Below, in pieces: positions 9,298-17,801 of a DNA stretch of 46,082 nt. Position 1 is the stretch's first letter; the number at the start of each line of letters is the position of its first letter. The notes under the pieces are model-generated. The model saw nothing but the letters and a program-made list of their open reading frames with translations, searched no databases and was not told the DNA's origin. Location of the stretch: NCBI GenBank assembly GCA_004297235.1, contig SCUR01000033.1:1-46082 (forward strand). The letters run 5' to 3'. Source of the DNA: Candidatus Manganitrophaceae bacterium (lineage in GTDB: Bacteria > Nitrospirota > Nitrospiria > SBBL01 > Manganitrophaceae). The position numbers and the translations under genes were made by a program.

Positions 9298-9843
9298 ATG
9301 CAGCTTCCATTGCAGGTCACCGTTCGGAACGTCGCCCTTTCAGAAGTGGCGGAGGAAGATATCCGTGAAAAGGCCGCGATGCTCGATGAGTACTACGATC
9401 GGATCATGAGCTGTCATGTCATTGTCGATGCACCCCATCGACATCGCCATAAAGGGTTGCTCTACGACGTGCGGATCGATCTGACCGTTCCCGGCGCGGA
9501 GCTGGTGATTCGGCGCGAGCCGAACGAAGATGTCTATGTTGCGATCCGGGATGCCTTTGATGCCGCGCGGCGCCAGCTGGAGGATTTCGCCCGCCGCCAG
9601 CGGGGAGATGTGAAGACGCATGAGGCATCCCCGTATGGACGGGTGAGCCGGCTCTTTCCGGAAGAGGGATACGGCTTTCTGGAGACGCCGGACGGAAGGG
9701 AGATCTACTTCCACAGAAACAGCGTGCTGCATGGCGGGTTCGAAAAATTGGGAATCGGGTCGGAGGTTCGTTTTGCGGAAGAGGAGGGAGAAAAGGGACC
9801 CCAGGCAAGCACGGTCGCGGTCGTCGGGAAACATCACCTTTGA
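9298..9843 (+). CDS. HPF/RaiA ribosome-associated domain fused to a cold-shock domain
   Basis: LQVTVRN..VYVAIRDAFDAARRQL, then EGYGFLETPDGREIYFHRNSV..GPQAS. Confidence 0.92.
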   Translation: MQLPLQVTVRNVALSEVAEEDIREKAAMLDEYYDRIMSCHVIVDAPHRHRHKGLLYDVRIDLTVPGAELVIRREPNEDVYVAIRDAFDAARRQLEDFARRQRGDVKTHEASPYGRVSRLFPEEGYGFLETPDGREIYFHRNSVLHGGFEKLGIGSEVRFAEEEGEKGPQASTVAVVGKHHL

Positions 9844-9883
9844 GCATTTCTCATTGATCCCTAGATGAAACCGGGAGGTTGAG

Positions 9884-10555
9884 ATGTATTTTAAAAATCG
9901 CCGACAGGCCGCTGAGCTTTTGGCTGAAAGACTGATCCGATACAAGGGACAAAACCCTCTGGTGCTCGGCATTCCGAGAGGGGCGGTGCCGATGACGAAG
10001 ATCATCGCGGACGCCCTCGACGGGGAGATCGATGTGGTGCTGGTTCACAAGCTCGGCGCCCCCGGCAATCCGGAGCTCGCCGTCGGATCGGTCGATGAAT
10101 CGGGTCAGGTCACCCTGAGGGAGCATGCGCGCGCCCTCGGCTTGAGCGAGGCCGACATTGAGGCTGAGAAAGCGCGTCAGATGAAAACGCTGCGGGAGCG
10201 ACGCGCCCGCTACACCCCGGTCCATCCTCCGATCGATCCGGAGGGGCGGATCGTCATCGTCGTCGATGATGGAATCGCCACCGGGGCGAGCATGATCGCG
10301 GCGCTCCGCTCCATTCATACGAAGAAGCCGAAAAAACTGGTCGCGGCCGTGGCGGTGGCGCCGTATGAGAGTCTTCAGGAGGTTCGCGCGTTGGCGGACG
10401 AGGTGGTCTGCCTGGATGTGCCGGCCGATTTCTATGCCGTGGGGCAGTTCTTTGAGGAGTTCACACAGGTGTCGGATGAAGAGGTAATTGCCCTGCTGCA
10501 GCAGAGCCGATCCAGGCCGAAGAGGGCGAAAGCATCCGGGGAGGAGGCGGCATGA
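9884..10555 (+). CDS. phosphoribosyltransferase (Rv0571c/Rv2030c N-terminal type)
   Basis: VLGIPRGAVP, KLGAPGNPELAVG and PRPP loop VVDDGIATGAS. Confidence 0.92.
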   Translation: MYFKNRRQAAELLAERLIRYKGQNPLVLGIPRGAVPMTKIIADALDGEIDVVLVHKLGAPGNPELAVGSVDESGQVTLREHARALGLSEADIEAEKARQMKTLRERRARYTPVHPPIDPEGRIVIVVDDGIATGASMIAALRSIHTKKPKKLVAAVAVAPYESLQEVRALADEVVCLDVPADFYAVGQFFEEFTQVSDEEVIALLQQSRSRPKRAKASGEEAA

Positions 10556-11070
10556 AGCCAAAGGCGAAAGGGAGCGGTTTTCGGGAGCCCCGCAGAGATC
10601 GGGTCACCCATTGGCTGGGGTTGCAGAAAGAATACCTGCACGATACTTATAAATCGCGGGGCAAACTGTCGGAGCCGACCGTCTGTCCTCAGTGCGGCGC
10701 GCTCTTTCACAAAGGGCGATGGACCTGGAGGCCCCGGCCCGCCGGGGCGCATGAGGAGATTTGTCCCGCCTGTCATCGGATTCGAGATGACTATCCCGCC
10801 GGGATTCTTGAGTTAAGCGGGCCCTTTCTCGAAACACACAAAGAGGAAGTCCTCAACGCGGTCCGTAATCAGGAAGCGCAGGCCAAGCGGGAGCATCCGC
10901 TCTGCAGGATCATCAAGATAGATGAGAAAGCAGAGGGCATCGTCATCACAACGACCGACACCCACCTTCCCCGCCGAATCGGCGAAACGCTCTGGCACGC
11001 CTACCATGGCGAGCTCGATCTGCACTACGGACAGGATCCCCGTTTGATCCGGATGACCTGGAGAGGGTAG
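10552..11070 (+). CDS. BCAM0308-family (NMD3-like) zinc protein
   Basis: CPQC..GRWTW..CPACHRIRDDYPAG, HPLCRI and TTTDTHL motifs; ATGA overlap with the PRTase gene. Confidence 0.85.
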   Translation: MKPKAKGSGFREPRRDRVTHWLGLQKEYLHDTYKSRGKLSEPTVCPQCGALFHKGRWTWRPRPAGAHEEICPACHRIRDDYPAGILELSGPFLETHKEEVLNAVRNQEAQAKREHPLCRIIKIDEKAEGIVITTTDTHLPRRIGETLWHAYHGELDLHYGQDPRLIRMTWRG

Positions 11071-11133
11071 ATACACGATACATCGTAACTGAACAATGTG
11101 ACCTCTACAGTCCGGTCGATTGTTCAGAGCAAC

Positions 11134-11595
11134 TCAAGCAATTAATCCAAAGATCTTCTCGATCAACAAGAGAAGGTAGCTGTTGTGGCGATCCGTGCCG
11201 TGGGGCTCCAGCGGAATCGATCTAATCCGATAGGAACTCTTCCGGTACAGTAAGTTCCTGCTGACGACGGTCTGAGGGATGATGGTGAGACCCTTCCCGC
11301 GGAGATCGGACCTTTGCTTATTTTCCAATAGAAGGTCAAAGAGGATCTCACGCAGGCGCGCATTCTTTAACGACCCACATGAAAGATCTTTCTCTCCCGA
11401 GGTATCAAGAACCCTTTGGGCCGCTTCATTAAGATATAGAATCCGCCCGTCTTGATCCAAAATCAAAACGCCTGCCTCAGTCTTCCGATTGGAGAATGCC
11501 TTCACCCGACCCATCAGGATCGGTGAGAAGGGTCGAGCGCTTTTCTTCGTTGGCTTCAAAGCGGTCCGAGAGAGATGTGAAATCGTTCTGCCCAT
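11134..11595 (-). CDS. stand-alone PAS-like protein
   Basis: AGVLILDQDGRILYLNEAAQRVL PAS N-terminus; GAGGAG RBS; own box promoter. Confidence 0.7.
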   Translation of the reverse strand: MGRTISHLSRTALKPTKKSARPFSPILMGRVKAFSNRKTEAGVLILDQDGRILYLNEAAQRVLDTSGEKDLSCGSLKNARLREILFDLLLENKQRSDLRGKGLTIIPQTVVSRNLLYRKSSYRIRSIPLEPHGTDRHNSYLLLLIEKIFGLIA

Positions 11596-11633
11596 TTGTC
11601 TTCTCCTCAGAATAGAATGCCGAATACAGCCCG

Positions 11634-11678
11634 ATTCTGGATTAGATCAAAGGAGAGGGCAACCCCCCGAAAGGGGTA
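11634..11678 (-). promoter_or_regulatory. box-dependent promoter of the PAS gene
   Basis: minus strand TACCCCT-TT-CGGGGGG, TTGCCC, 17 bp, CAGAAT. Confidence 0.7.
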
Positions 11679-11740
11679 TCCTTAAAATCGATCATCCTTC
11701 CCCCCCAAGTCCGGTTCGGGTCATTTACGTCCCTGATAAA

Positions 11741-11786
11741 CACCCCCTTTGGGGGATTGTCTCTCCATTTTGAATCGCCTAAAAAT
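11741..11786 (+). promoter_or_regulatory. box-dependent promoter of hsp20
   Basis: CACCCCC-TT-TGGGGGA, TTGTCT, 17-18 bp, TAAAAA/AAAAAT. Confidence 0.7.
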
Positions 11787-11829
11787 ATAAATTAGTTCAT
11801 ACCATATTTTCAATGTCCCGACAGGGGCA
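11784..11829 (-). promoter_or_regulatory. third box, opposing promoter
   Basis: minus strand TGCCCCT-GT-CGGGACA, TTGAAA, 18 bp, TATATT. Confidence 0.5.
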
Positions 11830-11947
11830 TCTCTGCCAGAGTGCCGGGAAAATAAGCGAACATGGGATTTTGGAAGAACGGACGACGCAGGCGGGAACAT
11901 CGTCCGTTATGGAAAAAAGCCCGCACTAAAGTAGAGGAGGTGTAAAA

Positions 11948-12424
11948 ATGGACATCGCGCGCTGGGATCCATTTCGTAAAATGAGACGGTTTGACCCGTT
12001 TCGAGAACTGGAGGAGATGTCAGATCGGATCAGTCGCCTCATCGGACGGAGGGAGATGACCCGCATCAATGGCGAAGAGGCGCTGACCTCGATCGATTGG
12101 GTGCCGGAGGTCGATATCATCGAGAGCGAAAAGGAGTATCTGATCAAAGCCGAGCTTCCCGAGATCAAGAGAGAAGAGGTGAAGGTCTCGGTCGAAAAAG
12201 GGGTCCTCACGATTCAGGGAGAGCGCAAACAGGAAAAAGAAGAGAAGGGAAAGAAATTCCATCGGATCGAACGCTCTTACGGCGCCTTCGAGCGAAGCTT
12301 CACCCTTCCCGATGATGCCGATGAGGGCAAAGTCTCCGCCGAATTTAAAGACGGCGTCTTGAGCGTCCATCTCGCCAAGTCGGAGAAGGCGATGCCGAAG
12401 CCGATCGAGGTGAAAGCCGCTTGA
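11948..12424 (+). CDS. Hsp20/alpha-crystallin small heat-shock protein
   Basis: WVPEVDI, AELPEI, ERSYGAFERSFTLP and FKDGVLSV motifs. Confidence 0.96.
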   Translation: MDIARWDPFRKMRRFDPFRELEEMSDRISRLIGRREMTRINGEEALTSIDWVPEVDIIESEKEYLIKAELPEIKREEVKVSVEKGVLTIQGERKQEKEEKGKKFHRIERSYGAFERSFTLPDDADEGKVSAEFKDGVLSVHLAKSEKAMPKPIEVKAA

Positions 12425-12483
12425 TCGAGATCGATCACGTCCAGTAAAACGACTCATTTCATCTTTCGGCCAACCACTTGACC

Positions 12484-12534
12484 GGAGGAGGGATTGTCTT
12501 TTCGATCCATTTGGAGAAGACATTCTCCTCCTCC
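12484..12534 (+). terminator. long imperfect hairpin downstream of hsp20
   Basis: GGAGGAGGGATTGTCTT pairs with AAGACATTCTCCTCCTCC; no clear U-tract. Confidence 0.4.
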
Positions 12535-12646
12535 TAAGAGGGAAAGCAGCCAGAAAATCTTATCCTGAAGTTGATGTTTCTAAATCATGTAGCCGTTTTT
12601 TAAATGTTCTTGCAGGGCATACCCATCTTAACCGGAGAGAAAAACA

Positions 12647-13636
12647 ATGAGACAGACTCCCCATGGATCGACCCGTTGTGGAATCGTCTTGGCTGCAGGA
12701 GAAGGGATGCGCCTTCGCCCCTTCATCCTTCGGCTGAAGGGAAAGCCGCTCCCCAAACAGTACGTCAACTTCATCGGAAGCCGCTCGATGTTGGAGCAGA
12801 CCTTTCACCGCGCCGAGAAGATGATCCCGCCGGATCGGCTCTTCACCGTCGTCGGCCGGGATCATCTAGCGCATTCTGAGGTCCGCCATCAGCTGGCGAC
12901 CCGCCCGGGGGGGACGGTGGTGCTCCAGCCTGAAAATAAAGAAACCGGACCGGGGCTTCTCCTTCCGCTGATGCACGCCTATAAGCAGCATCCGGACGCC
13001 ATTGTGGTGATCTTTCCGTCCGATCACTTCATCGTCGAAGAAGACCTTTTCATGGGGCATGTGGAGCTTGCCTGCCGGCAGGTCGAGCGCGATCCGGACC
13101 GTGTTGTCCTGTTGGGGGTAGAGCCGGAGGGGCCGGAGTCGGAGTATGGATATATTCTGCCGGTAGAAAGACAACAGGCCGAATTTTCTATTCCGGCCCG
13201 CCCGGTTTCTCACTTCATCGAAAAGCCCCACCCCTCCGTTGCGCAAGAGCTGATCGGAAAAGGAGGGGTGTGGAACACGATGGTGATGGTCTTTAAGGCA
13301 AAAACGCTGATCGACTTGGTCCGTCGCGCCGCACCCAAACTTCATCAAGCTTTCCACCGGATTTGGCTGGCGATCGGGACCGCCAAAGAAACGGCGGTGA
13401 TTAAAGAGGTCTACCGGAAGATCGAATCGATCAATTTTTCCAAGGAGCTGCTGGAGCTCTTTCCATCGCAGGCCCCCTCCTCTCTCTGGGTGCTTCCGGT
13501 GCGAGGGGTCACCTGGAGCGACTGGGGCTCCGAGCAGAGAATCGTGAGCGTCCTGGAAAAGAGAGCTCCCCTCGGTCGGTTTTTGATCTTCCCGGATCAT
13601 AGGCCTCTGGAAGCGGTGGTATTGAGCGGGGGCTGA
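12647..13636 (+). CDS. mannose-1-phosphate guanylyltransferase-like nucleotidyltransferase (no cupin domain)
   Basis: IVLAAGEGMRL, PKQY, FPSDH, EYGYI, FIEKP and WSDWG motifs. Confidence 0.88.
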   Translation: MRQTPHGSTRCGIVLAAGEGMRLRPFILRLKGKPLPKQYVNFIGSRSMLEQTFHRAEKMIPPDRLFTVVGRDHLAHSEVRHQLATRPGGTVVLQPENKETGPGLLLPLMHAYKQHPDAIVVIFPSDHFIVEEDLFMGHVELACRQVERDPDRVVLLGVEPEGPESEYGYILPVERQQAEFSIPARPVSHFIEKPHPSVAQELIGKGGVWNTMVMVFKAKTLIDLVRRAAPKLHQAFHRIWLAIGTAKETAVIKEVYRKIESINFSKELLELFPSQAPSSLWVLPVRGVTWSDWGSEQRIVSVLEKRAPLGRFLIFPDHRPLEAVVLSGG

Positions 13637-13655
13637 AAGCGACAGGTGGCATTTT

Positions 13656-14081
13656 ATGGATATAGAATTGTTCGTTCGGAAACTGCAAGAGGCCGTCGGA
13701 GGGAGACCGGAGATCGATCGGAGCCGGACGGAGCAAATCGTTGGCGCCGTCTTCTCGGCACTCTCCGCAGGGTTGGCCTCCAGTGAGGCGGATCGGTTGA
13801 TTTCGATGCTTCCCCCTCCATTGAAGAAACTTTGGTATTGGAGGGCCGTTCCCAAATCGGTTTTGTCGGAGGTGTGGAAAGAGCAAGGGATTGTGGAGCT
13901 CTCGAGGAGACAGTTTTTTACGCTGATTCAAATGGAGGGGGATTTGGCATCGACCGAGGAAGCGGAAGCCACCGCGCGCTGCGTCATCCATCTTCTGCGG
14001 GAAGCGGTCGGCTCCGGCGACATACAAGACGCGCCGGGACCGCTGCCGTCGCAATCAAGAGAGTGGATACCGGCCGCTTAA
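13656..14081 (+). CDS. DUF2267-like protein, copy 1
   Basis: AVFSALS..LPPPLKKLW..ARCVIHLLREAV; paralog of 21961-22374. Confidence 0.75.
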   Translation: MDIELFVRKLQEAVGGRPEIDRSRTEQIVGAVFSALSAGLASSEADRLISMLPPPLKKLWYWRAVPKSVLSEVWKEQGIVELSRRQFFTLIQMEGDLASTEEAEATARCVIHLLREAVGSGDIQDAPGPLPSQSREWIPAA

Positions 14082-14121
14082 TGGTTCAGTCTTGTTGAGC
14101 ACGCACGGGGGATCGGCTGAC

Positions 14122-16179
14122 ATGTCGAAACGGCGGATCAATGAATGGGCGGCAGAAGAGGGAACTCCCATCCCATTCGGCGTGAGCTGGCTCGAAGAGG
14201 AAGCGGCCTACAACTTTGCCCTCTACACGAAGCATGCGACCGGGGTGACGCTGCTTCTTTATTCCAAGACCGACTTGGTACATCCTCTCTTTCAATATCG
14301 GCTCGATCCGCTGAAGAACAAGTCGGGACGGGTCTGGCACTGCCGGATTGCCGAGAAGATTCTGGCGGGGGCGACCTACTACGGCTACTCGGTGGAGGGC
14401 CCCTACCAGCCGGCCGAAGGTCACCGCTTCGACTCTCACAAGATCCTTCTGGATCCCTATGCCCGGGCGGTGTTCTTTCCTCTCGACTTCAGCCGTGAAG
14501 CGGCGCGCCATCCCGCCTCCAACGCCGGGCGGGCGCCGCTCGGTTTTCTTCCGGCCTGCCGGATTCTGTTCGATTGGGGAGAAGACCGGCGGCCGGTTCA
14601 CACCTCCGACACGGTGATTTATGAGCTTCACGTCAAAGGGTTCACGATGAGGGCGAACGCCCGTGTCTCTCCAAGCTGTCGCGGGAGCTATGCGGGGTTG
14701 ATTGAAAAAATCCCTTATCTCAAAGAGCTGGGGATCACGGCCGTGGAGTTGATGCCGGTCCATCAATACGATCCGCAGGAGGGAAACTACTGGGGCTATA
14801 TGCCGCTCAACTTCTTCTCTCCCCATCATGCCTATGCAAGTGGAGACGGAATGTGCGGGCAGATCAATGAATTTCGGGAGATGGTGAAGGCATTTCATAA
14901 AGCAGACATCGAGGTGATTCTGGATGTTGTCTACAACCATACTACTGAGATGGATGAATCCGGGCCGAACTACAGCTACCGCGGGATCGACAACACCACT
15001 TATTACTTGCTGGAGGCCGACCGGTCGCGTTATCGCAACGATTCCGGCACCGGCAACGTGCTGCATTGCGCCAACCGCACCGTCCGGAAGATGATCCTCG
15101 ACAGCATGCGTTACTGGGTGAAAGAGATGCATATCGATGGATTTCGGTTCGACCTCGCCTCGCTCTTTACCCGCAATAGCGACGGGAGCGTCAACCTCGA
15201 CGATCCGCCGATCATTTTCGAGATCACGACCGACCCGCTCTTTGCCAATATCCGATTGATCGCCGAGGTGTGGGATATGTCGAGTTACCAGCTGGGCCGA
15301 AGCTTCCCCGGAATGACTTGGTTTCAGTGGAACGGAAAATTCCGCGACGATCTCCGTGCTTTTGTGCGGGGCGACCCGGGCAAGATCGACGATCTGATGG
15401 CGCGGCTTTATGGAAGCGACGATCTCTTCCCGGATGAAGAATCGTATCACGCCTACCAGAGCGTCAATTTCATTGCCTCCCACGACGGCTTCACCTTCTA
15501 TGACCTTGTCTCATACGACACCAAACACAATGAGGCCAACGGCCACCGAAACAGCGACGGAACCGATTATAACCTCAGTTGGAATTGCGGCTGGGAGGGC
15601 GATCTCGGCGCGCCGGAAGCGGTCCTCGCCCTGCGCCGGCGCCAAGTAAAAAATTTCTGCGCCTTGCTCTTTCTTGCCAATGGGACCCCGATGTTTCGCG
15701 CCGGCGATGAGTTCCTGCAGACACAAGGGGGGAACAACAACCCCTACAACCAGGACAACGAGACCTCCTGGCTCGACTGGGATCTCCTGCGAAAGAACCG
15801 GGAAATCTTCCGCTTCTTCAAAATGATGATCGCTTTCCGCAAGGCCCATCCCACCCTCTGCCGAAGTCGCTTCTGGCGGGATAATGTTCGCTGGCAGGGG
15901 GCTCAAGGGGAGGTCGATCGCTCCGAGGGATCGCACTGCCTCGCCTTTTTCTTAAGCGGGGCCTCGGAAGAGGACGACGATCTCTACGTCATGATCAATG
16001 GCGGTCCGGATGATCGCACCTTCTTCATACAGGAAGGGGGAGCGGAAGAGTGGCGGCGGGTGATCGATACCGACCTCGCCGGCCCCGACGACTTCATGGA
16101 GCCGGGCCGGGAGGAGCGGATCGAAGAGAGGGCGTATTGTGTGAGGGGGCGATCGGTCGTGGTCCTGATCCGACCCTAA
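14122..16179 (+). CDS. glgX: isoamylase/glycogen debranching enzyme, GH13_11
   Basis: IYELHVKGF, NYWGY, DVVYNH, DGFRFDLA, LIAEVW, HDGFT and GNNNPYNQDN motifs. Confidence 0.93.
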   Translation: MSKRRINEWAAEEGTPIPFGVSWLEEEAAYNFALYTKHATGVTLLLYSKTDLVHPLFQYRLDPLKNKSGRVWHCRIAEKILAGATYYGYSVEGPYQPAEGHRFDSHKILLDPYARAVFFPLDFSREAARHPASNAGRAPLGFLPACRILFDWGEDRRPVHTSDTVIYELHVKGFTMRANARVSPSCRGSYAGLIEKIPYLKELGITAVELMPVHQYDPQEGNYWGYMPLNFFSPHHAYASGDGMCGQINEFREMVKAFHKADIEVILDVVYNHTTEMDESGPNYSYRGIDNTTYYLLEADRSRYRNDSGTGNVLHCANRTVRKMILDSMRYWVKEMHIDGFRFDLASLFTRNSDGSVNLDDPPIIFEITTDPLFANIRLIAEVWDMSSYQLGRSFPGMTWFQWNGKFRDDLRAFVRGDPGKIDDLMARLYGSDDLFPDEESYHAYQSVNFIASHDGFTFYDLVSYDTKHNEANGHRNSDGTDYNLSWNCGWEGDLGAPEAVLALRRRQVKNFCALLFLANGTPMFRAGDEFLQTQGGNNNPYNQDNETSWLDWDLLRKNREIFRFFKMMIAFRKAHPTLCRSRFWRDNVRWQGAQGEVDRSEGSHCLAFFLSGASEEDDDLYVMINGGPDDRTFFIQEGGAEEWRRVIDTDLAGPDDFMEPGREERIEERAYCVRGRSVVVLIRP

Positions 16180-16239
16180 AAGAGACAAAAGGCTTATTCG
16201 AATCGTTCATGGTTTCACTCTTCGGTCGCTGATCAAGCT

Positions 16240-16285
16240 TCCCCCAAAGGGGGTATAGACCTTCCTTCTACCAAAGAATCATAAT
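16240..16285 (+). promoter_or_regulatory. box-dependent promoter of the PHP-kinase-MAT operon
   Basis: TCCCCCA-AA-GGGGGTA, TAGACC, 18 bp, CATAAT. Confidence 0.72.
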
Positions 16286-16377
16286 TAAAAAAAGAGGACA
16301 TCATGCAGCCTGCTTTCGTGGGCCGTGTCGGTTTTCAAGCGCATCGTCTTTTTTATCTCACACAGGAGGTGCGGTCG

Positions 16378-16917
16378 ATGTTGATCGAGAAGTTCTACCG
16401 AGAAGACGTGATCTCTCTGCGGGAAGATTTAGAGGGACTGGAGCAGATCCTTCAATCCGAACGGCAGGGCGAATGGAAAGGACTATTGCAAGGAGACAGT
16501 GAGCTTCGAGAGCGCTTAACGCGGTTTGACTTCCAAATCGTAAAGGAGGTCAAGCGCGCCCGGAGAATTCTCGATGACATCGAAAATGATATCAACGCCA
16601 AAGGCCTCTCCTCCTTTGGGTTGCTTCTGGCGGCCACCGCGTTGAGCCTTCAGAGCGAGGCCCAAGGCCTGGAGGCCTCACTGATGGCGATGGAGAGCCA
16701 TCCTCCGCGTGAAACACAGCTGGGGAGTGTCGATCGTCTCCTGAACTGGGTCCGGGGGATCATTCTTCCGGTTGTCGGCCGGATCATCGGAAGCGTCTGG
16801 AAGATCCTGATCAACATCCTGCCGGCCCACTCCTGGAAGGTAAAGGGGGGAATCGGCGCCGCATTCCCGGGACTGGCGGAGGGAGATCTCGTCATCGAAT
16901 TCGGAAAGTCGCATTAA
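16378..16917 (+). CDS. hypothetical helical protein
   Basis: AGGAGG RBS before ATG 16378; no recognised family. Confidence 0.7.
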   Translation: MLIEKFYREDVISLREDLEGLEQILQSERQGEWKGLLQGDSELRERLTRFDFQIVKEVKRARRILDDIENDINAKGLSSFGLLLAATALSLQSEAQGLEASLMAMESHPPRETQLGSVDRLLNWVRGIILPVVGRIIGSVWKILINILPAHSWKVKGGIGAAFPGLAEGDLVIEFGKSH

Positions 16918-16922
16918 AAGAG

Positions 16923-17780
16923 ATGAACGATCGGATTGATCTACACACGCATAGCACCGTCTCGGACGGGACCGATGCCCCCGCGGAGCTGGTACGGTAT
17001 GCCAAGGAAAAGGGCTTGCGGGCGATCGCCCTCACCGACCATGACAGTATCGACGGCATCGACGAGGCGCTGGCGGTCGGACGGGAGGTCGGGGTCGAGG
17101 TGATTCCCGGCGTGGAATTGAGCGCTGATTTTTCCGAGGGGGCGATGCATCTGCTCGGCCTCTTCGTCGATCGGACCGCTCCTTCCTTTCTCCAACGGTT
17201 GGCCGTTTTTCAAGCCGCGCGCCGGGAGCGCAACCCGAAGATCATCAAAAAACTCCAAGAGATGGGATTCAAGATCACCGAAGAGGAGGTGACGGCTGCC
17301 GCAGGGGGCGGGCAGGCGGGACGTCCCCATTTCGCGCGCGTCTTGATGGAGAAGGGATACGTTCACTCGATTACGGAAGCCTTTGAAAAGTACATCGGGG
17401 ATGAGGGACCCGCCTATGTCAAGAAATCACAACCCTCTCCGGAAGAGTGCATCGCGCTCATCCACGAAGCGAACGGCGTCGCTGTTTTGGCCCATCCGAA
17501 CACGCTCCGCCTCTCCGATGAGAGGCTAGACGTATTGTTCGAACGGCTGGTCAACGCGGGTCTCGATGGGATTGAAGTTTACTACAGCACCCACACCCCG
17601 GAAGAGACCGCCCGGTATGAGCGGCTGGCGGCTGAATGGAACCTCGCGAAGAGCGGAGGGTCCGATTTTCACGGCAAACACAAGCCGCAGATCGACCTCG
17701 GCGTCGGAGAAGGGACCCTTCACGTTCCCTCTTCCCTCCTTGAGACGCTTCGCCGAAGAAAAGAGCGCCGGCCCGCCTAA
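16923..17780 (+). CDS. PHP-domain phosphoesterase (TrpH/YciV-like)
   Basis: DLHTHSTVSDG, LTDHD, GVELS, LAHP and GGSDFHG motifs. Confidence 0.93.
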   Translation: MNDRIDLHTHSTVSDGTDAPAELVRYAKEKGLRAIALTDHDSIDGIDEALAVGREVGVEVIPGVELSADFSEGAMHLLGLFVDRTAPSFLQRLAVFQAARRERNPKIIKKLQEMGFKITEEEVTAAAGGGQAGRPHFARVLMEKGYVHSITEAFEKYIGDEGPAYVKKSQPSPEECIALIHEANGVAVLAHPNTLRLSDERLDVLFERLVNAGLDGIEVYYSTHTPEETARYERLAAEWNLAKSGGSDFHGKHKPQIDLGVGEGTLHVPSSLLETLRRRKERRPA

Positions 17781-17801
17781 TACCTCAGAGGAAAGACCAT
17801 T

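Noticed and set aside
12421-12434. FNR-like TTGATCGAGATCGA
   Set aside because: One mismatch, overlaps the hsp20 stop codon, GATC is very frequent in this DNA, and there is no second example
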